DNA from: Candidatus Latescibacterota bacterium
Lineage (GTDB): Bacteria > Latescibacterota > UBA2968 > GCA-2709665
NCBI GenBank assembly: GCA_965248435.1
Contig: OZ252100.1
Coordinates: forward strand, 5,369,044-5,433,043
Direction of reading: 5' to 3'
Length of the DNA: 64,000 nucleotides
Of the stretch, positions 1 to 8,948 are shown piece after piece; position 1 is the stretch's first letter, and each line of letters starts with the position of its first letter. A program made the translations under genes and the position numbers. Below the pieces are notes generated by a model. That model was not told the origin of the DNA and made no database searches. It worked only from the letters and a program-made list of their open reading frames with translations.

Positions 1-156
1 CAGTCGCTTCGCTTCTTCGGCATGGCGGAAACCCCGGCTCCACACAACAATCCTAACCCCACTCACGCCGGAGTCACAAACTGCCCAGACGCGTTACACG
101 CAAGCACCCCACGGAACCACAGAACCAAGAAGCTGCCATTTCTGGGAGGTACTGAA

Positions 157-975
157 ATGAAGCGCGGGCAATTGGCGAAGGTCCACAGAATCAGATCCGA
201 ATCCGGGTACGAGGTCATCCGTAAGGAAATGACTTCGATCGATTTCCTGAAGAGGCACCTGAAGGTGATGGACCAACTCAAGGAGACTGGCATAGTCCCA
301 GTACTGGTCAGCGTCGATGAGGCGAAGATTGCCCTTGAATACGAATTTGTAGATGGCAGGCATATCGATGAAATAGAAGAAGCCGAGCATGATCAAGTCT
401 TCCGCATGGCAGGAGTCGTTCTGGCTCAGATGCACACCCATCATCTAGACGGCTTTGGAGTAGTTGACAACCTTAAGAAGGCAGAATCAGACTGGTGGTC
501 TATCCAAGATGAGCGAATTGATCGGAAGCTATCGGTTTGCCTGGAATTCAAGACCCTGGAACAGCGGGAAGCAGACCGACTACGCGACATCTACTTCGAG
601 CTTAGATCGTCTCTATCCGAGGAACACGAGTCTTGTCTAAGTCATTGCGACTACCGATCGGACAATCTTCTTTTCATGAAGATGAAAGGCAATTGGAAGT
701 GCATCGTCATAGATTTCGATCACGCTCAAGGAGCTCCTGCGCACTTCGACTTCGGTAGAATACAACTTGACCTGTTCGACCGTTGGCCAACACACAGAGA
801 CTCTTTCTGCCTAGGATACGAGAGCGTAAGACCATTGCCCAATCTGGCTGGAACACTACCCGTCTACAGGATCCTATGGCCGCTCGACCTGTTGGCGTGG
901 GGTTCCATCAATAAGGCTGAAGGTCTCACAAGTCGCATGAAACGACTGCTGGAAACAGAAAACGATCTGATTTAA
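157..975 (+). CDS. APH/choline-kinase-fold phosphotransferase
   Basis: Brenner-type catalytic loop HCDYRSDNLLF and Mg-binding IDFDHA. GGGAGG Shine-Dalgarno (SD) at 144-150, 6 nt before ATG 157. The ORF is open back to 22, but that extension is Pro/His-rich and unlikely to be coding. Confidence 0.6.
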   Translation: MKRGQLAKVHRIRSESGYEVIRKEMTSIDFLKRHLKVMDQLKETGIVPVLVSVDEAKIALEYEFVDGRHIDEIEEAEHDQVFRMAGVVLAQMHTHHLDGFGVVDNLKKAESDWWSIQDERIDRKLSVCLEFKTLEQREADRLRDIYFELRSSLSEEHESCLSHCDYRSDNLLFMKMKGNWKCIVIDFDHAQGAPAHFDFGRIQLDLFDRWPTHRDSFCLGYESVRPLPNLAGTLPVYRILWPLDLLAWGSINKAEGLTSRMKRLLETENDLI

Positions 976-1208
976 GGCGTGGGCAACCGGCGAATAAAAC
1001 AAGAGGGCGCGCACAACCATCGCCTGCATTCAGGACGAGAGGTTGGTGCGCAATCGAGTCCCTTACCTAGCTTACAAGGCCTTTCAGTTCAATACTTGGA
1101 AGTCGGGAGTCCGGTGTTGGGAAGAAATGTCGCGCATCTTGGTAAAGAACGGTTTGTTCCTGCTCGTGATACTGTCAACAAGCCGAGACATCCCTCAGGG
1201 GAGCAAAG

Positions 1209-1469
1209 ATGATCCCAGACATTGGCACAACTTTCCTCTCGCCAATTGAACATAAGAGAGGTATCACCTACCACCACTACTCGAAAGGAGAAGTTGAAGA
1301 GCTAAGAGTCAGGAACGTGTTGAGGATAATCGACGCACACGAGTCTACGGCGATTAGGACGGATGAACTAGATGGTCACAGGGTATGTGGAATTGAAGTT
1401 ACTTTTATGCCACCTATGATTCTCGAAATGCCCAAGGAGGTGCCATACACTTATGAAACTGATTACTGA
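1209..1469 (+). CDS. small hypothetical protein (86 aa)
   Basis: ORF only, with no recognisable motif. Its end overlaps the start of the PhyH gene by 17 nt. Confidence 0.25.
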   Translation: MIPDIGTTFLSPIEHKRGITYHHYSKGEVEELRVRNVLRIIDAHESTAIRTDELDGHRVCGIEVTFMPPMILEMPKEVPYTYETDY

Positions 1470-2418
1470 ACGTGTACCCGAAGAACTAACTCCCAAACAT
1501 GGCATGAAGTTAACCCCTGAACAAAGCGAGTTACTACCATCTGAGGAGGAGATAGCCCACTATAATGAGCATGGCTGGTACATATCGAAAGAGATTCTAT
1601 CTGACGCTGAGATTGAAGATGCTTTTGCTGGTAGCGAACGTCATTACTCAGGTGAGCGTGACTATAGTCTTCCTATTCAAATTAGGAGTTTCTTAGATTG
1701 GACACCTGAGAAAGGAGAGGGACTACGGCTTAATGATTACATTGTAATACAGAATTTGCAAATACAAAAATTGGCATTTAATGCGCTAATAGGGGCGATT
1801 GCGTCACGCCTTTCCGGCAGTGATCGAATAAGGCTTTGGAATAGCCAGCTTATTTATAAACCCTCCCAAGTTCAAGATGACAGGGTGAAGATTGGATGGC
1901 ATGTCGATCGCGCTTACTGGAGGACTTGCACATCCGATCGAATGCTAACTGCCTGGATTCCCTTACATGATTGTGATGAGACCACGGGAACCATGATAAT
2001 GCTTGACGGTAGCCATCGGTGGCCTAGTAATGCGTCAGTGGATGAATTGAGAAGGGGGAAGACTTTCCTTATTCACGCGATTCCCGAGAGCTCTATATGT
2101 TCAGATGCATCCGAATTAGAAGCCAGGATTAGTTCATGTGGAATGCCGATCAACAAAGTGCCCATGAATCTTCATGCTGGACAAGTATGTTTTCATAATT
2201 GTCTTACATTTCATGGTAGTGGCCTGAATCGGAGTACAACAGACCGTCGTGTGGTTGTTATTCATCTGCAAGATGGAGAGAACAGATATAGAGTCTCTAA
2301 AGATGAGTCTGGCGAAGTCCATAGATATAACAACGATCTGATGTGTAGAAAATTGTCGGACGGCAGTCCGGATTATTCAGATCCTATCATATGTCCACTG
2401 TTGTGGGAGAATAAATGA
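1453..2418 (+). CDS. phytanoyl-CoA dioxygenase (PhyH) family Fe(II)/2-oxoglutarate oxygenase
   Basis: HxD iron motif in GWHVDRAYW and distal His in CLTFHGSGLNRS. AAGGAGG at 1434-1440. Markedly AT-richer than the rest of the window. Confidence 0.7.
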   Translation: MKLITERVPEELTPKHGMKLTPEQSELLPSEEEIAHYNEHGWYISKEILSDAEIEDAFAGSERHYSGERDYSLPIQIRSFLDWTPEKGEGLRLNDYIVIQNLQIQKLAFNALIGAIASRLSGSDRIRLWNSQLIYKPSQVQDDRVKIGWHVDRAYWRTCTSDRMLTAWIPLHDCDETTGTMIMLDGSHRWPSNASVDELRRGKTFLIHAIPESSICSDASELEARISSCGMPINKVPMNLHAGQVCFHNCLTFHGSGLNRSTTDRRVVVIHLQDGENRYRVSKDESGEVHRYNNDLMCRKLSDGSPDYSDPIICPLLWENK

Positions 2419-2859
2419 CGCCGGGCAATTTTGGTGCCTTGGCAAAGTCTGGGGTTTGATTGGACACTCAGCGAGCAGTAAGAATGTTAGATATTTCTTT
2501 TCTAAAGGGCTGTCTAATTTCCATATTTGGACCAACTCCTAACGAGTCCGTTTTCGAAGTGGATGTAGAATAGGGTTCGCCGCTTCATTGCGCCTGTATA
2601 CCCACTGTTCAGTCGTGGCCCAGGCGCCCGTCGTCTCGTTTATGGTTGTAGGAGTACCCCAGCAAGCTCTTGCCTCCCTCTTTTGACATGCCCCCTCTAG
2701 CTGGCCGATCGCGAGCACGCGCCGTCGACACTCCAGATTTGTCGGAGGGTTTCCCGTTCGGTTTGTCGGGTTGATTGACGGACGTGACGATCTGGTTGGT
2801 ACGAAAGATTGCAACTCCATGCCCCGAACTTAGAGGAATTGAGAAGTACTGACGCCCGG

Positions 2860-3097
2860 ATGATTTTGGAGCATGTCGTTCCTGAAGAAGAAGAGAAGAG
2901 AGCGATCCTTCGAGGTATGAGCCAAGCTGAGGTCCACCTGACAAATCCGAAAGTCTTCTGTAATTGATTTCACGCGGTTACCCGCTCTGGACTCACCTGA
3001 ATGGGCCAAATTTCCGGAAGCTTATGAGGTCAGGCAATTTACCATAAGAGATCTCAATGGTCATAGGTTTCATTTTCACAACAGTGTTGAACTGTGA
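2860..3097 (+). pseudogene. possible remnant of a VOC/glyoxalase-type gene, broken by frameshift
   Basis: Frame ending at 3097 reads ...PEAYEVRQFTIRDLNGHRFHFHNSVEL*, which resembles VOC-family C-termini (G.R.F.v.DpdG..i.F). An upstream piece, MILEHVVPEEEEKRAILRGMSQAEVHLT, lies in another frame. There is no intact ORF. Confidence 0.3.
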
Positions 3098-3738
3098 GGG
3101 AAGTCATTTATAGAATCAGTGAGCCAGGTGACATGATCGACAAACTAGATAAGAGAGAGGGAGCCCTGCTCCCACACGTCTCTCTAAGCCGTCCTGTGAC
3201 GGTCACGATGTGTTTGGTGGCCCTCATGGTAGTCGGGGTGTTGGCGCTTAAACGAATTCCGATTCAGGATTTTCCTTTTGGACTTGAGGCCAGGACAATT
3301 TCGGTATGGGTTCCTGTGCAGAGGAATACGCCAACGATAGAAAAGGATCAGTACATCGCACAGCCTATGATAGAGTACCTGAAGGCCGTAAAAGGGTTGC
3401 GGAGGCTGTGGACGAGCAGTGAAACCTGGGGCGTCCATACTCGCCTCGAGTTTCGGAACGACATGGACATGGCCCTAGCATATGGCAAGGTAACGGAGGC
3501 AGTTGAGCTGATGAGGCCTTTGCTGCCTGAGGAGGTTCGCCAAGACATCAGAATTTGGAAATACGACAAGGATGCAGATGAGGAGATTCTCTGGATCGGC
3601 ATCTCCATGCCGGATCACGTTGAAAATTACCACGATTACATACATACTACGGTGCAGCGGCCCTTGGAGCGAATTGATGGGGCTTGCTGCTGCAGAATCG
3701 GAAGTCGTTCCCGATACAGAGCAGAAGGAAGAAGCTGA
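3094..3738 (+). pseudogene. N-terminal fragment (~200 aa) of an RND (AcrB/HAE-type) efflux pump
   Basis: SLSRPVTVTMCLVALMVVGVLALKRIPIQDFP is the typical RND TM1, followed by the start of the first periplasmic loop (..VQRPLERIDG). The ORF then runs into nonsense and stops. RND pumps are ~1000 aa. Confidence 0.6.
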
Positions 3739-4945
3739 TGCTGACACCAGTGGGATCCAGGACCAACTCCAGCCATCCTTGAAAGATTGGAACAAGGAAT
3801 TCCAGGTCCACAAATACAAAGTTCAGTTCAAGCCCGAGATTTTTTCTGCGAACGCGGGGTTCGACACATTCTACGGTGTTAGCAGTCTGGTCTCGCTCTC
3901 TTTGAGTGATGTGCTGGGCGACCACCGTTTGATCATACAGACCGGCCTGAGCTTTTCGCTCAAAGACAGCGACTTATTCGTAACGTATGCGAATCTGAAG
4001 CGGCAGACGAATTACTATGCGCAGGTCTTTCATACGAGACTCTTCTTCTTCAGCAACAACGTCCTGAATGCGGACCGATACTATGGCCTGGTGTTGGGGA
4101 TTGAAAAACCCTTTAACCGGTTTAGCCGTTTCGAGGGGGGTGCACGATTCATCACCATCTCAAGAGAGCGGCTGGACACCTTTAACAACCAATTCGTGCG
4201 CGGTGGTTTCGTGGGCGGGACGACTCGAGGCCTTGATGGGACGCCAATCGCGACGGAGCGGGCCTTCATCTCGGAGGTGGCATTGGTGGACGACAGTACG
4301 ATGTGGGGACTCTACGGTCCGGTCGACGGACGCAGGGCTCGGATCTCTTTCGAGGGGAGTGCTGCCGGGATGAAGTTCGGCACGGCTCGCATGGATGTGC
4401 GTAAATATTTCCGGGTGCTCAAGGAGTATACGTTCGCACTACGACTCGCAGGCGGGACGAGTTTCGGACGAAACAAAGAGGTCTTCTACGTCGGAGGGGT
4501 GAACAACCCGGTCAATCCGAGGTTCTCCACCGCGAGTACTAATGTGGATCCCAACAGGGTCGGTTTCTCCAGTTTCGTTTGGCCGCTGAGGGGCGTAGAG
4601 CTGTTTGACCTGGCCGGAGATAGCTTTGTCCTGGCGAATGTCGCGTTTCGATTTCCTTTGCTCCACCAGTTGGCGATGGGATGGCCGTTGCCCTTCTTTT
4701 TCCAGAACGTCCAGGGCGAGCTCTTCCTCGACGTCGGGAGCGCCTTCAATCGGGATGGCTTTAATCCCTGGGAATATCGGGACGGAGGTTTCGAACTTCG
4801 GGACCTCAAGGCGGGCTACGGACTGGGTGCACGGGTGAATCTGGGCATTTTCCTCTTCCGATACGATCTGGCCTGGCCGACCGATTTCGCTCAGACCTTC
4901 AGTCCCTTGCAGTACTTCTCTGTCGATGTGACCGGTCTGTTTTAA
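3572..4945 (+). CDS. Omp85/BamA-type (bacterial surface antigen) beta-barrel domain, apparently 5'-truncated
   Basis: Barrel motifs FYVGGVNN, VWPLRGVELFDLAG..ANVAFRFPL and GELFLDVGSAF, plus a C-terminal ...VTGLF. The N-terminus from ATG 3572 has no signal peptide and overlaps the RND fragment. Confidence 0.5.
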   Translation: MQMRRFSGSASPCRITLKITTITYILRCSGPWSELMGLAAAESEVVPDTEQKEEADADTSGIQDQLQPSLKDWNKEFQVHKYKVQFKPEIFSANAGFDTFYGVSSLVSLSLSDVLGDHRLIIQTGLSFSLKDSDLFVTYANLKRQTNYYAQVFHTRLFFFSNNVLNADRYYGLVLGIEKPFNRFSRFEGGARFITISRERLDTFNNQFVRGGFVGGTTRGLDGTPIATERAFISEVALVDDSTMWGLYGPVDGRRARISFEGSAAGMKFGTARMDVRKYFRVLKEYTFALRLAGGTSFGRNKEVFYVGGVNNPVNPRFSTASTNVDPNRVGFSSFVWPLRGVELFDLAGDSFVLANVAFRFPLLHQLAMGWPLPFFFQNVQGELFLDVGSAFNRDGFNPWEYRDGGFELRDLKAGYGLGARVNLGIFLFRYDLAWPTDFAQTFSPLQYFSVDVTGLF

Positions 4946-4970
4946 CGTGTAACCTCAACACGGTGGCGGC

Positions 4971-5201
4971 GTGGTAGCAGCATCTGGTCTTCAGCCGGGA
5001 CAGAAATCCAGAATTTGTTCTCATTGCGGGTGTGAGATTCCCGCAAAGGTATCAACCTGCGACTTCTGTGGTGGGAGTCTGGATCCAGTTACGTCGAAAG
5101 GTGAGGGAGTATGCTGGAGTTGTCGTATCGTGGCGGGAATCTCTGGTCTGATTCTCCTGGTCGGGCTGGCGATATTTCTGTTTCAGGCCAGCCAGCCCTG
5201 A
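4971..5201 (+). CDS. zinc-ribbon protein with C-terminal TM helix
   Basis: CSHCGCEIPAKVSTCDFCGG (CxxC...CxxC) followed by the hydrophobic stretch IVAGISGLILLVGLAIFLF. GTG start. Confidence 0.45.
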   Translation: MVAASGLQPGQKSRICSHCGCEIPAKVSTCDFCGGSLDPVTSKGEGVCWSCRIVAGISGLILLVGLAIFLFQASQP

Positions 5202-5247
5202 GGGTGAGGATGCTTGAAAGATTGGGTTGGCCTGTGGGATTCAGTAA

Positions 5248-5562
5248 ATGGGAGTAAAAGAGTTCTATATTGATGGCGTGATGTTGATCGCTGCTGGAGA
5301 CTTCAACGGGGCGATCGGGTCGTTTCACAAGGCCCTTGAAGCGGATTCGCGGTTCTACATGGCGCACCTGGGCTTGTCCCAGGCCCTGGACAAGCAGGGC
5401 AAGGTAGACGAGGCGATAACTCAAGCTAGAAGAGCGATAGAAATTGCGCCTGAAGAGCCGCTGGCCCACGCAAGTCTCTCCCGGTTACTGCAACAGAAGG
5501 GGCTGATCCCCGAGGCAGAAGAGGAGATGGCCGAATCTATGCGACTTCAGGGCGAGATCTAA
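5248..5562 (+). CDS. TPR-repeat protein
   Basis: Three TPR-like units (GAIGSFHKALEADSRFYMAHLGLSQALDKQGKVDEAITQARRAIEIAPEEPLAH...). Confidence 0.6.
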   Translation: MGVKEFYIDGVMLIAAGDFNGAIGSFHKALEADSRFYMAHLGLSQALDKQGKVDEAITQARRAIEIAPEEPLAHASLSRLLQQKGLIPEAEEEMAESMRLQGEI

Positions 5563-5587
5563 AAGCTAAGATCGGTTGGTTAGAAAA

Positions 5588-5616
5588 GGGGGACGTGAAA
5601 ACGTCCCCCTTTTTTT
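5588..5616 (+). terminator. intrinsic terminator
   Basis: GGGGGACGT-GAAA-ACGTCCCCC perfect 9-bp stem followed by a T7 run. Confidence 0.8.
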
Positions 5617-5652
5617 GTTTTCTTGGATTTAAAAAGGGTTTAGTTTCAGAAA

Positions 5653-6594
5653 ATGGGAGAAGATATGACGGATGATTTCGAGGGCGTTTTTCCGATCCTG
5701 GCCACCCCCTTTGACGAGGGGGGAAACATCGATCTGGAATCATTGGAACGAACTGTCCGGTTCATGGTAGACATCGAAGTGGATGGACTCACGGTTCTGG
5801 GCGTGGCGGGTGAGGCCAACCGGATGGTGGATGGGGAACGGGAACGAGTCATTCGGACGGTCATCGAGGTCGCCGCTGGGCGAATACCCATCATCGTCGG
5901 AACGAGCTACAGCGGGACCGCGCCCACGCGGGCGCTGAGCCAAATGGCGGAATCGCTGGGTGCGGATGGGGTAATGGTCGCCCCCTCGCGCGAGCCTGTA
6001 CCGAACGAGGGGCGTATCTTTGAGTTCTTTCAGCAGGTCGCTGAGGGAATTTCGATCTCGATCGTGGTTCAGGACCATCCGGCTTCGACTCAGGTACATA
6101 TGTCGGTCCCCCTCATGCTCAAATTGATCAAGGAGATTCCCCAGGTCGCATGCATCAAGGAAGAGGATGTTCCGACAGCGCCGAAGATTTCCGCGCTCTT
6201 GGCAGGTATGTCGGAGCGGAAGATCCCCATTTTGACCGGGTTGGGCGCGCTCTATGGGTACTTTGATCTGTCAAGGGGGTCGAAAGGATTCATGACGGGG
6301 TTTGGGTTCCCCGAGGTGATGCAGGCCATAGTCCACGCTGCACGCCAAGAACGGTTTGACAAGGTGCGGGAGGTCTATCATCGGTTCCTGCCCCTGATCG
6401 TATACGAGCAGCAGCCTGGCGTCGCGATTCGAAAGGAAGTGCTGAGGCTGCGTGGGCTGATCGCCCACAACAAGGTTCGGCACCCCGGAGCCTCGATCGA
6501 TGAAGCAACGTCCCTCCAACTGAGGGGCCTGTTGGATGACGTACTTGGGGATGTCGACATTACGAAACCTGTCGAAGTAGACGGCGAAACCTAA
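5653..6594 (+). CDS. dihydrodipicolinate synthase/N-acetylneuraminate lyase family (DapA-like) aldolase
   Basis: N-terminal FPILATPFDEGGNIDLESLERTVRFMVDIEVDGLTVLGVAGEANRM is typical of the DHDPS family, and the length of 313 aa fits. Confidence 0.8.
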   Translation: MGEDMTDDFEGVFPILATPFDEGGNIDLESLERTVRFMVDIEVDGLTVLGVAGEANRMVDGERERVIRTVIEVAAGRIPIIVGTSYSGTAPTRALSQMAESLGADGVMVAPSREPVPNEGRIFEFFQQVAEGISISIVVQDHPASTQVHMSVPLMLKLIKEIPQVACIKEEDVPTAPKISALLAGMSERKIPILTGLGALYGYFDLSRGSKGFMTGFGFPEVMQAIVHAARQERFDKVREVYHRFLPLIVYEQQPGVAIRKEVLRLRGLIAHNKVRHPGASIDEATSLQLRGLLDDVLGDVDITKPVEVDGET

Positions 6595-6595
6595 A

Positions 6596-8686
6596 ATGCC
6601 ATGCCTCCTCGCTACAGCGCGTAGGCCCGACCTGACAAGAGGGGGTCTCGCCTTCAAGCTGGCTTTCTGGGCGGCGCTTTGCCTTCCATCCCTGGACGCA
6701 TCCGGATCGGTGACGGCGGACTCCTTGTTCGTGGAGGCAACCTCTCGTTCCACACGTCGTCTGGAGGACCGAATTTCCCTCTTGAAGCGGGCGGCGAAGC
6801 TGGACAGGGGACAATCAAAGGTCTATCACGCGCTGGGTCGCCTATCCATGGAGCAGAACACGATCTCCTCTCGGGCGGCGGCACGCAAATGGTTGAAGAA
6901 AGCGATGGTGCTGGACCCTGAAAATATTACTTATCACGAATCTTATGCCGCCCTATTACGCCGCCAGGGATTCGGATACAATTCGATGAGACACTTCAGA
7001 AAGATTCTGGCGATGGATCCAGAGAGGCCGGAGGCGGCTTGCGAGGTGGGAGAGTACTTTCTTCAGGATATGCTCAAGTATATCGATCACCGAAGATTCG
7101 ACGGCGGTGGGAGTCTCCGCTCTTTCGGAATGGAAAGCCTGGACCAGGCTATCTCCTACTTCAAGTATGCGCTCAGGCGGGATTCTTACTGCAGGCGCGC
7201 CTATTATCGGCTCGGGTTCCTCAACCTTGAAGCGGGACATCTTGATGGGTTGGTTGAGGTCTCGAATGAGCTGACAAAACGGTTTCCGAACGATCCGAAC
7301 GGGTTCTTTTTCCTGGGTCTGGGCTACCAGGTTATGGGAGACTTGGAGCGTGCAGCCGGGTCCTACAGCAAGGCTGTGGAGCGAATGAGCCAATCGCAAC
7401 GTGAAATGATCGAGTCTCCTGAGTTGATCGGATTGGTCTCCACTCGTGGAGAAACAGCCGCCCTCGCGTCTCTCAAGGGCAAGTTTGAAGAACAGGATTT
7501 GGTCCGTTTTTGGACCCGTCGAGATCCGCTCTATTTGACCCCGTATAACGAGAGGCGAATGGAGCATTTTGGCCGCGTCGCCTACGTCAATCTGAGATTC
7601 TCCAGGCCAGATAGAGGAGTGGAAGGCTGGGAGACGGATATGGGCAAGACGTTCATCCGCTTCGGCCGATACGTGACACGGGAACGCAGGATCGAACCCT
7701 TTCGAGAGACCTGGCGTTACGAGGACTTTCAGGTCTCTTTCATCTCCTACGATTCCTTCCACTGGAGGATGGAACTGCTGAGGGATGAAAACTGGAGAGT
7801 CGGGGGATATGGCCGGTCTGATTTTTATGGGCGTGGGTTTAAGCTCAACGAGCGCTATTTAGATCCCTACCGAACTCAGAAATATCCCTTGGCGTGCCAG
7901 GTGGCAATCTTCAAAGCCCCCGAGGACCGCCTTCAGGTACGGTTGTCGTGGGCGCTTCCAAAGAATCGGCTGGAGTACTTGAAGCTTTATGATGCCTACC
8001 ACGTGGACTTGCAGCAAGGCGTCTTTCTGTTCGATGATGATGGAGACCTCGCGGTCGAGGAATCACGACGCACTAGCGTGCTGACCGATTCCTGGCAGGA
8101 TACACTCAGGTCGAACTATATTCTCGAGCAGGCGGAGATATTCGTGGATCCAGGATCCTACCGTCTGGTTCTCGAGTCCAGGGATAGCGGCAGTGAAACG
8201 ATCGGGACGTTTAGTGATTCCGTAGATCTGAGGCCTTTCGGGTCAACGAATCTGGGAATGAGCAGCGTTCTCCTGGCAACGGACATTGTTCGCGGAGAGA
8301 ATGATTCGCTTGTCGTTACACCCAATCCGATCCTAGTTTATAAGCGATCAGAGATCATGTATGTCTACTTCGAAGCCTACAACCTGGCGAAGGACAGTTA
8401 TGGACGGACGCGGTATCAGGTCGAGTACAGAATCGGGCGCCCGGAACCGGACCGGTTGCCGATAAAGCTGGGAAAGCAGGCCCTGAAATGGCTTGGCCTG
8501 CAAGAGGAGAGTTGGAGCGTCTCGGTTGCAGCAGAGTATGCCGGAGAGAAGTCTGACGAACCTGTCTATTTGGGTGTAGACCTGGAGGAGCTAAAACCCG
8601 GGCTTCAACTCTTGACCCTGGTGTTGAGAGATCAGGTGACGAGTCGGATGGCCTGGCGAGAAACCCTTTTCCGAATCGCGGAATGA
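6596..8686 (+). CDS. TPR + GWxTD domain protein
   Basis: N-terminal signal and TPR repeats. Diagnostic GWETDMGKTFIRFGRY (GWxTD motif) mid-protein. Starts 1 nt after the DapA-like stop. Confidence 0.7.
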   Translation: MPCLLATARRPDLTRGGLAFKLAFWAALCLPSLDASGSVTADSLFVEATSRSTRRLEDRISLLKRAAKLDRGQSKVYHALGRLSMEQNTISSRAAARKWLKKAMVLDPENITYHESYAALLRRQGFGYNSMRHFRKILAMDPERPEAACEVGEYFLQDMLKYIDHRRFDGGGSLRSFGMESLDQAISYFKYALRRDSYCRRAYYRLGFLNLEAGHLDGLVEVSNELTKRFPNDPNGFFFLGLGYQVMGDLERAAGSYSKAVERMSQSQREMIESPELIGLVSTRGETAALASLKGKFEEQDLVRFWTRRDPLYLTPYNERRMEHFGRVAYVNLRFSRPDRGVEGWETDMGKTFIRFGRYVTRERRIEPFRETWRYEDFQVSFISYDSFHWRMELLRDENWRVGGYGRSDFYGRGFKLNERYLDPYRTQKYPLACQVAIFKAPEDRLQVRLSWALPKNRLEYLKLYDAYHVDLQQGVFLFDDDGDLAVEESRRTSVLTDSWQDTLRSNYILEQAEIFVDPGSYRLVLESRDSGSETIGTFSDSVDLRPFGSTNLGMSSVLLATDIVRGENDSLVVTPNPILVYKRSEIMYVYFEAYNLAKDSYGRTRYQVEYRIGRPEPDRLPIKLGKQALKWLGLQEESWSVSVAAEYAGEKSDEPVYLGVDLEELKPGLQLLTLVLRDQVTSRMAWRETLFRIAE

Positions 8687-8776
8687 ACCAGAACATCTCC
8701 CCGCGTACGAGGCGTCTCGATGGCGTCTTCTGGCCTCGGGGTGGGCGATCAGAACCTTAAAAAAGCCGGAAAGATG

Positions 8777-8805
8777 TTGACAATAGACGAATGAGATATT
8801 ATAAT
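8777..8805 (+). promoter_or_regulatory. sigma70 consensus promoter for csp
   Basis: TTGACA (8777-8782), 17-nt spacer, TATAAT (8800-8805): exact consensus hexamers and spacing. Confidence 0.55.
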
Positions 8806-8867
8806 CGGGCGTTGTGATAGGATGTGGTTTCTGTTTCCTGTGCATACTGAAGTCTAGAGAAGACCAC

Positions 8868-8904
8868 GGGGCAAGGATCAGAAGGTACGATCTTGCCCCT
8901 TTTC
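8868..8904 (+). promoter_or_regulatory. terminator-like hairpin inside the long csp 5' leader
   Basis: GGGGCAAGGATC...GATCTTGCCCC stem followed by TTTTC, located ~60 nt after the predicted -10 element and ~45 nt before the csp start. Confidence 0.4.
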
Positions 8905-8948
8905 TTAACGATCGATTCAGTACTAGAGTTGAAAGGTGGTGAATACAG

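Noticed and set aside
979-1277. Three overlapping small ORFs (62-77 aa) between the kinase and the 86-aa ORF.
   Set aside because: They are mutually exclusive frames with no motifs and no convincing ribosome-binding sites. I cannot support any of them as coding.
2539-2944. Two overlapping minus-strand ORFs (93 and 111 aa) in the gene-poor stretch after the PhyH gene.
   Set aside because: They overlap each other in different frames. They are low-complexity (Arg/Pro/Ser/Gly-rich) and have no SD or recognisable motif. I treat the region as non-coding or decayed DNA rather than calling genes.
6956-7762. Long antisense ORF (268 aa) opposite the GWxTD gene. Similar cases: 25039-25962, 51630-52472, 52378-53358, 23286-24020, 31838-32563, 16108-16674, 35966-36523 and 43475-44119.
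   Set aside because: Each lies fully inside a gene on the other strand that has clear family motifs. Their translations are Arg/Pro/Gly/His-rich with no motifs. They are shadow ORFs of the kind expected in GC-rich coding DNA.
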